DNA of 64,000 nt, from NCBI GenBank assembly GCA_012295275.1, contig CM022671.1:27156001-27220000 (forward strand). Direction: 5' to 3'. The position numbers were made by a program, and so were the translations under genes. The notes below the pieces were generated by a model. It worked only from the letters and a program-made list of their open reading frames with translations, did not search any database and had not been told where the DNA came from. Of this stretch, positions 1-11,913 are shown piece after piece. This DNA comes from Chrysomallon squamiferum. Lineage: Eukaryota; Animalia; Mollusca. Each line of letters begins with the position of its first letter. Position 1 is the first letter of the stretch.

Positions 1-1521
1 TTTCTACGTAAATCAGTTCATTATAACAATTTGATTTTTGACAACAATATGTATATATATTTATTCTGAGTAATCTGAAAAATGTGTTTGGAACTTGTTT
101 AATTGATCAAGAAAAGACAAAATATAAAGTATTCAACTGAGGTGTAATGTTTTGCACGGGTATAGGTTAAGGAAAGTCTCTAAAAATAACAGCTTTCATT
201 CTTTTCCCTTCTTTTTTTTCTTAATTAATTCTGTAAAGAGTAGTTATTTGATTATTCAGCTTTGATTATTTTAATATTTATTTAATAGGAAATTAATACT
301 AATATATTATTAGTTTTCATTTCAAAAAATGATGTTTTGAAAAACCACCACAAATTTAAAATGCTCCCATCTATATACAAATATTTTGATGAATATATAG
401 AGAATTTTAAACTGAAGAAGAAAAAATAGATTAATAAAACATATTAGAGTAGGTGACATTCTTAGTTACATATACTATCATGGCTTTTTGTTCAACAATA
501 TTGTCATTAAAATGGACACACAACATAAAATTAAAGTAATTTAACTGAAAGCATATGTATTTAAAAATGAAAATATAAGATAAATTTTTGACTGCTAAAT
601 ATACTGGGCTAAAATTTATTCAAACTGAATTTGAAATTTATTTTGTTTGTTTTTCGAAAAAGTGTCCATGATAATTCAAATTCTTACAACAATTTAAAAC
701 AGTTCCAGAATCTATTTAATACTATAAACAAAGACAGCGTAACACCAAAAACAAAGTGTTGATAATCATATCATTTAATGTATCTAGGTCAAAATCAAAT
801 TTAATACATGACTAGAATAAAATATTGTTACTTGATCTCACTGGGGACATTTTTTATTTTTAGTGGTGAAAGAAAAACTTAAATTTGTAATCAGTTACAA
901 GCAGACTATGATAAAAAAATACAACATATTTCCAAATTTCACTGTTACAACAATTAAATGGAATGAAAACCTTGTGAAATAATAATTACAAAAAATAAAT
1001 AAATAAAAATAATAATACTAATAAAACAAGTCAATATGAATATCTTACATTAAAATGTAGGATAATCCAAAGTTTAGTCCGTCATGAAACACTCACATGA
1101 ATTAAACATAAGAATCAGTATCATCTGAAAATTTGCAGAAAATGCCATTCTGGAAACAGTAACAAACTGATGATAATGGCTTGATCAGAAACTGACCAGA
1201 GTAACTATCAAAATAATCTGTAATCACTGTTTTTCAAAAATGGCAACTGAATCACAGCAACGAGATTTGAAAAGTTAGAAATCTTGTCTTTTTACCTCTG
1301 CTTTTCAATTTCTGACAAATAAAGGAGAATCCAGCCATAATTTTGAATTTTGCATCCTTAAAATGTTGATCAGGACAGCTCAAATAAACTGAAACATAAA
1401 ATAAATAAAACAACCACAACCCACCTCAGTACATGCTGAGATCTGTCATATATTTGATATATGGAAAGCTTGCAAGCTGTGATATGCTACAATATTAACA
1501 CAATACACTAATTATCATGTG

Positions 1522-3322
1522 CTATGTCTTCTGCTTTTTCGATGGCTTTCCTCCTTTCTCTTTCTCTCTTCGGCGTTTCATCTGTTTCAGATGTTCTTTT
1601 TCCATGTCTCGTTCACTAACATTTAACCTCAAAGACTGAAATGCAAGTAACAGTGAATGAATAAATGTGTGGAAGAATCACAACAAATTTTAACCATAAC
1701 AGACATTAGATGCCAGTCATACATTTTCTTGTATAAAATACATAACACAGCCTTTGAATAACAAGCTGTGGCAGTGACTAGAATGGGAAACAGCCCAACT
1801 GGAAATATCAGTTTTACCATTACCAGCCTACTCTTACACATAACAAAGTGAGTCATTTACACAGATTTTAAGTTTTCTCATTTGATAAATATATATCATA
1901 TATTTCTGAGCAATTTTACCATTAATAGCCTTTTCTTATTTATAATAAAGTGACAGATGTTGGCAGTCATTTACATAGTCATTTACATATATTGCATACT
2001 TCCTTGAGGTCTTACATAGTATGTTATAATTGTAATTTGTATGTTTAACATATTACTGATCAGATAAAGCTAAACCAATTTCATATTATAATTTTTATTT
2101 TATTATTTGTTTTTTTCAGGGTGATTTTTACAATGACAATCTATTTGGAAGTAACAGGGTTTTTTAAAAACATTATTTATGGAATAACATTTACACGTAA
2201 AAACCTTTCAAATTTTGGTTCATTCATTTTATATTTTTCTCACAAATGGTAATACCTTTGAAATGTAAAAATATAATCATTATTTATCTGTCAGTTAAGA
2301 TACTGTGTCATATCTAAAATGAAATTAAACTACTGACCTCTTGTATAATGAAATCTTCATCTAACTTCTCTTGTGGAATGCGACGCAAATGCTCTAATGT
2401 GTCATAAAAACTTTGGCACTCTGGAAGTTTGTCAGCCAGGGCTATTTTCAGTAAAACTAGCCCAATGCGGAATAACACTTTGACACCTGTCACAAAGCAA
2501 GGAATAAACAGTTTTTGTTTATAGATTACTGTCAAAAAATTGATATATAAAATGTTTCAGTTCACTTACATGTATCTAAGACAGCTCCTGCTTTCATTTT
2601 TATATAATATTTTAGTTTTAGTTTTAAATGTTTTATATTTTTATTTTTATGAAATATTAATGTTAATTAAGAATGACAAATACATTTTACACTTAAGATT
2701 TTTAATTACTAAACAGCTAAAATATAAATACAACAACAAAAAAAGATGATTTACCTTCACAAAGAAATATATCCCATATTCTTAAAACACAGCCCCATGG
2801 CAAATTGCGGGTATACACACACATAAACCACTCCACCATGTACATAATGGGCTCTATCCTCTGCTTTTTCTGAAGTAAGAAATCGTTTATACTGTTAATA
2901 GTAAACATAAAGATTGTTAAAAATAAAGTTGTGATATTCAAAACAAAAAGAAAAGAATAACATGTTTTTTCATCATTATATTAATTTATATTTTTAATTT
3001 TTCAAAAATGTCGTCGGTCACCAATGTGTTATAAACTTTCTCTAATATAGTTGCATACTAAAGTGTAAGATAATGGCTGAATAGTGAACTTTGCATTTAG
3101 TTATACAATTAAAGAAATAAACCATGTATAAATCAAGTTCAATATTAAATTCAAAGGAAAATTTTCATTATGGAATTGAATATTTAATGATAAATTAATG
3201 TCACTTACAATATGCTTATATACACTAGGACAGGTTTTCTTCAGTAATCCAAATAATACATCACCATCTAACTGAATGGCTTCCTATTAAGCATATATGC
3301 ACAGAATAATTATTATATGTGA

Positions 3323-3367
<45 letters not shown>

Positions 3368-5502
3368 GATATGAGAAAGATCAGAGCAGCAGCAAAAGAA
3401 ATACCATTAGTAAACACTTTTGGTTTTCCTTTTTTTTCTTCTTTTTTTTAATGTTTCACACTGCATCAATTTAAAAACAGAAATGAATGATAATTATTAT
3501 AATGCTTTTTAATGATGAAACATATTTTACCAACACATCACAGTATTTTATATTATTTATATCTGCTGGTAGTTTATAAACTTAACTTATCTTGAGTGGT
3601 GTAAAATAGTTTTCGTTGATACCCACCATTTTGGGACTGTAATAACCTGGTAAGTACTTCTCACAAATAGCAACAAGGCACCAGAAGGCCTGTTCGGCAG
3701 GCATGTGCATCAGCAGGACAGCAGCGATGGGTGCATGTGCCTGACAGTAACCTTCCGCAGGATTGTGCAGAGTATAAGCTTTCAACACAGAAAACAGGTC
3801 TTCTTGACTGCAAAAATAATTTAAAAAATGAAAATAACAAAAAACTAATTCTCAAAAAACAACAATATTATTCCAAGAAATAATAAACTACAAATTGTAT
3901 ATAATTTGTTAAGTCAGACAGGCTTTTATGTTGGATAAATATTGAATGATTAAGACTGTCAAATCAGATATGTGTTAACATAGAATATATATATATTCAC
4001 ACACACATTTCCAAAAATGAATTAAAAACAGATACAAATATGTCTTATGTAGATGGTTTCAAAAACAAAAGCCAGCGTCTGTTTTGAAAATCCAAACACT
4101 TTGTTTTCAATCTTGTTTTTGAATCATACCCGTAGCCATCTTTCTTTGTAAACATTTCATGATGTGGAAACTGTCGATGCAAATCTTTAGTTATGTCATC
4201 CATATATTTTGCATCCCCAGTTTGTTGTAAATAAGCCTGAAACCAAAAATATTTTTTTTTAAATAAAGTCATTATACTGAAACAATGTTAGAGATTTTGA
4301 TTGTTTAAAACATTTTGAAACAGAAATTTTTCATTCTTTCAAAACAGAATATATATATACACACCCATACATATACAGAGATTATTATTTTTTAAAAATT
4401 CACAAAATTTATAAAAAAAACAAACACAGAAAACCAACAATAAAAAAACAGTAAACAGTTACAATAATCTGCTTTTATGAAATAGCAATACCTTTAAAAT
4501 TTATACAAACCTGAAATCTGCCTTTGTTGTTTTCCATAACTGTTTCACTGCCACTTAAATACTGCCAAGCTCGAGCTCTCAGTGCTGAAGGTATACCTTT
4601 CCGACATCGATCTTTAACCTAAATAATACAGATTGAATGAAAGCAGACATAATATAATTTTCTTTTTCAACAAATTTTAAACAATTAGTTATAAATCTAG
4701 ATGAAAATCTCCTATTTATTATGGTTTACATCAAAATTCAAATATTAATTTTTACCTTCTTAAACCTTTTGGTCATCCATTTCTCCCAGTTTTCAAACAT
4801 ATCAAGCCATTTAAGTTCTCGTTTTCTTAACACCTCTGCTGGTAATCTTCTAACACTGTAAAGCATATATAAAAATTTGTTTTAGTTTGATACTTTTAAA
4901 AAGAGAATAAGCAATAACAAAATTTACTGAAAACATAATCATATAATTATTTAATAAAATAATCATAATATTGTGTAACTGATGAAATAGTAAAACTGAA
5001 ACATTTACACATACTAAAAAAAAAAAAATTAGTTATTAAAAATAAATTAGTCTACAATTTGGTTTATGATTGCTATTTTGGTCCATTATATATGATCATT
5101 AGTCAAAGGTATAAGCAAAATTCCAAATTTTTTATGCAATAATTATTATTTCAATTTTTGTATTTTATAAAAAGTGCTGTTAAGCATAATAATTAATATC
5201 ATCTGTCATGAAATATTGCTACAATTTGTCAAATAAAATAAACATCTTAAACAAGTTAATAAAAGTTGAAATACTGATAGTTAATATTCTCAACTTAATA
5301 CTCACTCTTCCTCTGGATTTGTGTACTGTTTCCCTCCAAGAAAGCCATATCTATCAACAATTACCATCATGCCCATACCCACTTCACCATTTGCACTGGC
5401 AATGTTGTTACCAGTTTGATCGCTCTCTTTTCTTTCATTGTCTATTGATTCAACATCCATGTCATTTTCAGACTTAGTTTTATCTGGATTAGCATTAGCC
5501 AT
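1522..5502 (-). CDS. TBC1D10A: TBC1 domain family member 10 (EPI64-like Rab GTPase-activating protein), intact copy, 9 exons, 381 aa
   Basis: Exons read by hand with GT-AG boundaries and consistent phases: 5502-5306, 4855-4756, 4618-4511, 4236-4130, 3807-3627, 3283-3209, 2869-2755, 2486-2338, 1635-1522 (TAG); 1146 nt in total. Motifs: [28 protein letters not shown], Arg finger [10 protein letters not shown], Gln finger GYCQ, EQAFW, EWFMC, RIWDIF. The A/B/C paralog assignment is nominal for an invertebrate. Confidence 0.93.
3326..3363. repeat. (TA)n microsatellite in TBC1D10 intron 5 (the site of the unit B breakpoint in the duplicates)
   Basis: Direct inspection. Confidence 0.9.
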
Positions 5503-7102
5503 TAGGTTTTGCAGTCTTACTGTCCTTTCATCAATGGGACATGTTAATGATTTCCAATGTCACTGTCACTGATAAATTTTGACAGCGACTCACTTAATCT
5601 ACGCCACCATCATCGGACACTTCCGTGTAATAAAAATAAACGGTTTCTTGATTTTGTGAACAAAAATAGTATGCTTGAGAAAGAAAAACATGATCATACA
5701 TAAAATACCATAAATTAATATCTTTCTATTATAAGTCGGATTCGATAGTAATTTTAAAAAATAAAGACCTCAACTCTTGGCACAAAATTCATCGTGATGG
5801 CCATTTCACCTTAAACCGGAAGTGCACTAGGTTTTTATTTTATTTTCCCCCCCTACGCATAACCTTTATACCAACCGCCTTTATATGTTACGCTCTTGTT
5901 ATATCAGAAGGAATGGGACATAGGAATAGGAGAAAGGCAAACTGCCACAAACTACAAATCCAAAAATAATATTTTATAAAAACAATAAAAATTTATAATA
6001 TTATTAAAATTATATAAAAAAGGAAAATGATTTAACTGTCTTTTTAAAATATATATAGTCACACACATGTACACACTTAAGGATGAATGAATAAATGAAA
6101 TTATGTAATTGCACACATGAAATGCGGCTAGTAATTAGACAGAAGCAGCAGCAGCAACGACACAAGTTAATTACATATAGGATTATAAAAATATTACTAA
6201 AGGCGATTTCCAGTAAGAATATATCTAATAAATGTTTGTTGTTTTTTTTTCAATTATATATATATATATTTATTATTAGGAGTTTTATAAACATCTTTTG
6301 CTTAAAATTGAAAATATTTAATATAATTAACTGATATATTAATTTATTTTATTTTTAATATCATATAACGAAAATGCTTTATGACGTGGAACAATGAGCA
6401 CGATAAAAAGAAACACCTTTACTCGGTTACTGTTATTACTTAAAATATGCAGTACCAGTCAATTGGAACTGACCCCCCCCCCGTCAATTTTTTTTAACCT
6501 ATTCTCAGCTCCAAGAACTTATATACTTCAACATTATAACTTTGTTTTAATTTTTATATATATATAAGCAAGTAAATTTTAATATTTATTAATGGTCAAC
6601 GTACAACTGTCCGAACAAACAATTATCATTATAAAATTTGGACCTATGCATATCATAGGAAGCTAATGAAGCTCTCTGGAGACGTGGAACACACTTGTAG
6701 AATGTTGCATACATAAATATAGTTCAGCATAATTATGATTTTTTTACTGTTATTTTAATTAATAACATGCTTTCATTAACATTGCTAATACGAACAAATA
6801 TATTTATGTAACGTACTTAAAATTTAAACAAATAAACAACCAAATATATTTTTATGTGACATCATATAAGTAGTGCGTAGGTCGATATTGTGTATTCAAG
6901 CGCATGTTGCACTTGGTTACTCAATTCCAGCTGACCAAATCATTTTATTTGTATATAAACTAATTTTATAAGTATTATTTTATATTTTTGGTGATGCGAT
7001 AAATAGGTATCACAAAACTACACTAACGGCTGTAATCGGTTTCCGTGATCTACAGTGACTTTTATCGGAGCATTAGAGAGCTTGGGCCTTCCGTTTACGA
7101 GG
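5503..7102. promoter_or_regulatory. Bidirectional promoter and 5'UTR region, copy 1 (intact TBC1D10 / truncated ATXN2)
   Basis: 1.6 kb between divergent start codons (5502 minus, 7103 plus), with locally raised CpG near both starts. ETS motif CCGGAAGTG at 5816-5824 and TGACGTGG (ATF/CREB/UPRE-like) at 6382-6389. Transcription start sites cannot be determined from sequence. Confidence 0.7.
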
Positions 7103-10100
7103 ATGTCGGCAAACTATAATCATAATAATGCTAGTAGTAGGATTCCAAGAAGAAATAATATTGGAAACGCAGGCCACCAACAAAGGTTTGTTCTCCTTTT
7201 TAATAATTAATTCAATATGTCCACGTTATTATAATTATACTAGCCACAGTAATTATATTTTATACTTCAGGTGCTTTACAATCATGGCAATCGCCGCCAT
7301 GGTGCCATTGAAAAATGGTGGTTGGGCCTGGTTACCCACATGCAAAGGTTACTGGTTTATATACTTTGAAGTGTATATTTCTTAAATGTTTTTAGAGTGG
7401 ATATTGACACATATATGATTAATTAAATGATGTCAAAATGTAAAAAATACAAAGTTAAACAATATTAACAAAATCTAGATTTACAATAAAACAAATTTAG
7501 GGGTGTTTGTGTTGCTGATTCAGTGATTAATAATGACATCAGACATATTCTTTTCAGATATTTTTACTTAATTAATTTATTGAGGATAAGCATTTTATCA
7601 TATCAAATATTTTCAAATGATTAAGTCATTGATTAAATTATACTGAGAGCCACTGGTTTATATAATCTACACAAATATTGATTATCATTAAAGTAACTGT
7701 TACTGTATTAACTTGCTTAGTTATTATATATGTAATAATACATTTGGGTTATAATTTGAAAAATCATTAACAGTTGAGTTGTCAAAGAATGGAAATTTAA
7801 TTATTAATTCATTTTTATAATAAGTAGACCTGGGTATTAATCTACCTGCACCCCCCCCAATTTTTTTATATTTTTTATATATACACTAAAAGATAAGTGG
7901 TTAAATACAGCAGATTGAAGCAAACGATTCTTCAACATTTCAAGCCATCAGAAAAATCCTTCCGTTTATCGATGATAACCAAGGGGGGGATGTGGGAGTA
8001 AATCTTTACATTTTTGTATTTTCTTTTATACTGAAATATCGGTTAACCAGGAATTGAGGTCATGCTTAATTATGGATATAGTGATAGGAAAATTATTTTG
8101 AAAAGGATCATATCAGATATATGTTTTAATAATTTACTCTTGAGTGAATTAAGTATTGACAATTATCAGCATATTTGTAATAAAGACTAACAGATAAATT
8201 TATTTGCCACTTCAACAAATATTTTTACATATTTTATGCCATTGTTCATGTTGAATATTGAGATTTATTAGTTCTGAAAAATCAAATTAATGTTGCAAAT
8301 ACATTCCTTACAATTGTAATGAAGCTGTTGTTTCTTTATTTTGTTAAATGTTTTTAACATGTTTATTAGTGTGGATATTTTATAATGAATTTCTGGTGGC
8401 AGTTAAAAACAAAAACTAACATCAGTAGATTATCTGCAGTTCTTTTGTGGTTTGTAAACAACAGACTAATCATGATCAAACAGCTGCGGGAAATAATATA
8501 GTCAATATATTCATAATAAGATTGTGTATTTATTTGTAAGTGGCAACTTTCAGTACAGTTGATTTCATCAAAGAACAAACTATTTTTACTAATAGACGAT
8601 GTGTCTAGAACTGGACTGAATTTGTTGGATGTGTTAGTATCAGCTGCTATTTGAAACAGAGTTTGACAGATGTGCTAGTCCAGTGCCTAAGCAAAGGCAG
8701 ATCTTGTGTGTCTATTTCTAGGAGGTTGAGAAATATAATATTAATGTTTGTCATCACACAATAACATTGAAAATAAAAAAGTATATTTCACTCGAAACAG
8801 CTCTTTGTAAAATACCAAATTTGTTATATGTATATTTTAGTGTATAAATGTGGTTAGTTTTCCGTTTTATTTCAAGTTTCATAAATATTAATTACACTTA
8901 ATGTGCACTTCAATTGGTTATGCAGAAATGTTAAAGAGGCTTGTGATTATTGACGTAGACAATACTCATCAGTGTCAATAAAACATAAATCAAGTTGACC
9001 TTTAAATATCTGTGTTTGTTTTATCTTTCATTTTCTTGTTTAACATGTTTGACATGAAATTATTTTGTGATCACAGTTTGAGCTGTCATAAATCAATAAT
9101 GAAAATAATTTAAAAAAATTTAAAATGGCTACTGAATTGTCAGTTAAATTTTTCTAAATAGTTGCTTTTTTATCATTGATAGTGGAGATTTGCATGTAAG
9201 ATTTTACAGAAAAAAGGGAAAATGTTAAGAAAAGATGATGAACAAAGAGATTCCATCCTTATCATTATTTAGATAGGATTATCACTGTATTTTACACAAG
9301 TAAAGTGTATATTTCAACAGAGAGATATTTTCCCCATTATTGTTTAACATAAAAACAAATTAAAAAAGAATGAACCTTTATTAATATATTTTTAAATCCC
9401 TTTTTCTGAGGTAATGTCAGTTAAAAGTGAAAAGCTTAGTTTGGAATTATTTTAACTTGTTTTATGCCTGTATAGATGCTCATCAAACACTTACAAAACA
9501 ACATTTTGAGATATTTAAACAAATATTCATGATTTATCTAGACACCTGAGAATTATGCAAATTAAATCAATATCAACTGTTACATTAACAAATAAATTAT
9601 ATGTATTTTGTTTTGTCTGTCTTTAAAATAGTTTTAAAATTGGTGACTGCTGTTTGCATTCTTAGCTTTGTTTCTTATACTAAATCATGATCAGCTTGAA
9701 TAAATTTTAATTTTTAAGATGTTTCACTGGTGTTGATCAAGTATAATGTGTATTTTAATTTCATCTAGATATTTTTGTATTTCAGACCACATCAGAACAG
9801 ATATGCTGTTGAAAAACCCCAGGTATCGCATTTATTAGCGGTCAGTTTTAAATCTTTTTTAACCTTAAAATTAAACAAAAAACTAAAGGCCCAGTATATT
9901 ATTATGTGTCACAAATATGAAAAACCTTTTAAATTCTATTTTCAAAATATAATCAGTTACAATTTCATTGATTTTATCCTTTTACTTAGTTTTTGTACAG
10001 TTTTATTGTCTGTATAAAATATTATGCTGACAATATGATCTTATAAATAAGATACTTTTTTATATATTTTTTTAAATTACAGCCTGAAGGTGTTCATTTC

Positions 10101-10897
10101 AATGAAAAATTTACTCATACTGTAGCCTCTCTAGTGGTAAGTAAAATCAGTTCACATAAGTAGTTGCTTATTAGAATAAATCTGAAACATATTTTTAAAT
10201 GAAATTAGAGTAACTAATACCACATGGTTTGACATGATTTTGTATGGATTTGTTAATTTACATGACACCAACGTGGGTTAAAAAAAATAAAGTAAAATTA
10301 TAATTAACACCAGTAAAATGCTTAAGTCTTAAACATTTTATTATCTTACTATTTACAAAACAGCATGTGTGAAAATTTGATTTTGATTTATAGCTATATA
10401 TTTACATGAATCTTTAGGGTTGTGTTGTGCAAGTACAAGTAAAGAATGGCGACTACTATGAGGGCATTTTTCAAACCATATCTCCAGATGTAAGTAACAC
10501 CAAATATATTTTTTTTAAATTTGTTTTGTGTATCAGTAATTATTTTCACAATTACACAAGTCAAAACCTGTTATTATTTGTTTGTCTAGATTAATAAAAA
10601 GCTAACAATATGCTAGTATGCTTCACTTAAAAGGTATGATTGACATGTAAATTCTGCCTTGTTCTTGATGAGATTGGCATTGTTACAGAAAGTAGCTGAT
10701 CTAAATCCAAAGTATAGTTTAATTAATTTTATTTTGTGCAGATGGATGTTGTTTTGGAAATGGCTCACAAGCTAGATGATGCACCTAGTGGTGATAGAAA
10801 ATCTTGGAACAATATACCTTCAAAAGACAGAATAATAGATAAAATAGCATTCAAAAAACATGATCTGATTACTCTTACAGCAATCAGTCTGGAATAA
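7103..10897 (+). CDS. ATXN2: Truncated ataxin-2 duplicate; open 133-aa ORF containing only the N-terminus and LSm (SM-ATX) domain; may be a pseudogene
   Basis: Exons 7103-7185, 9786-9822, 10083-10136, 10418-10489, 10742-10897 splice in frame: MSANYNHNNASSRIPRR...PEGVHFNEKFTHTVASLVGCVVQVQVKNGDYYEGIFQTISPDMDVVLEMAH...IIDKIAFKKHDLITLTAISLE*. The match to the long copy ends at 10886; the stop TAA (10895-10897) comes from the fused TBC1D10 antisense sequence. Confidence 0.75.
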
Positions 10898-11724
10898 CAC
10901 TTTGACACCTGTCAGAAAGCAAGAAATAAACTGTTTTTGTTTATAGATTACTGTAAAAAAAACTGATATATAAAATATTTCAGTTCACTTACATGTATCT
11001 AAGACAGATCCTGCTTTCATTTTTATATAACATTTTAGTTTTAGTTTTAAATGTTTTATATTTTTATTTTTATGAAATACTAATGTTAATTAAGAATGAC
11101 AAATACATTTTACACTTAAGATTTTTAATTACTTAACAGCTAAAATATAAATACAAAAGACAACAACAACAACAACAAAAAAAAGTGATTTACCTTCACA
11201 AAGAAATATATCCCATATTCTTAAAACACAGCCCCATGGCAAATTGCAGGTATACACACACATAAACCACTCCATGTACATAATGGGCTCTATCCTCTGC
11301 TTTTTCTGAAGTAATACTAAATATACTGTTAATACTAAACATAAAGATTGTTAAAAATAAAGTTGTGATATTCAAAACAAAAAGAAAAGAACATCCATGT
11401 TTTTTCATCATTATGTTAATTTATATTTTTAATTTTTCAAAAATGTCCTCAGTCACCAAGGTGTTATAAACTTTCTCTAATATAGTTGCATACTAAAGTG
11501 TTAGATAATGGCTGAATAGTGAACTTTGCATTTAGTTATACAATTAAAGAAATAATGCATGTATAAATCAAGTTCAATATTAAATTCAAAGGAAAATTTT
11601 CACTTACAATATGCTTATATACACTAGGACAGGTTTTCTTCAGTAATCTAAATAATACATCACCATCCAGCTGAATGGCTTCCTATTAGTATATACACAT
11701 ATACATATACATATACATATACAC

Positions 11725-11771
<47 letters not shown>

Positions 11772-11881
11772 TAAATAGGTATCACAAAAATAGGTATTTA
11801 TATATATATTTATATATACAGAGATATGAGAAAGATCAGAACAGCAGCAAAAGAAATACTATTAGTAAACAGTTTTGGTTT

Positions 11882-11913
<32 letters not shown>

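Larger units (their letters stand above)
2469..10886. repeat. Segmental tandem duplication unit A (about 8.4 kb), repeated at 10891-23111 with an internal 3.6-kb re-duplication
   Basis: Sequence from 2469 (ggaataacactttgacacctgtca) recurs at 10891, and sequence ending at 10886 (ttacagcaatca) recurs ending at 23111. Introns are included, and the copies differ by scattered substitutions and small indels. Confidence 0.95.

Noticed and set aside
6095-6334. QKQQQQR ORF as the ataxin-2 polyQ exon (also at 14490-14687)
   Set aside because: It has only a few CAG/CAA codons in promoter DNA and no splice link to ATXN2; the ATXN2 N-terminus reconstructed here has no polyQ tract.
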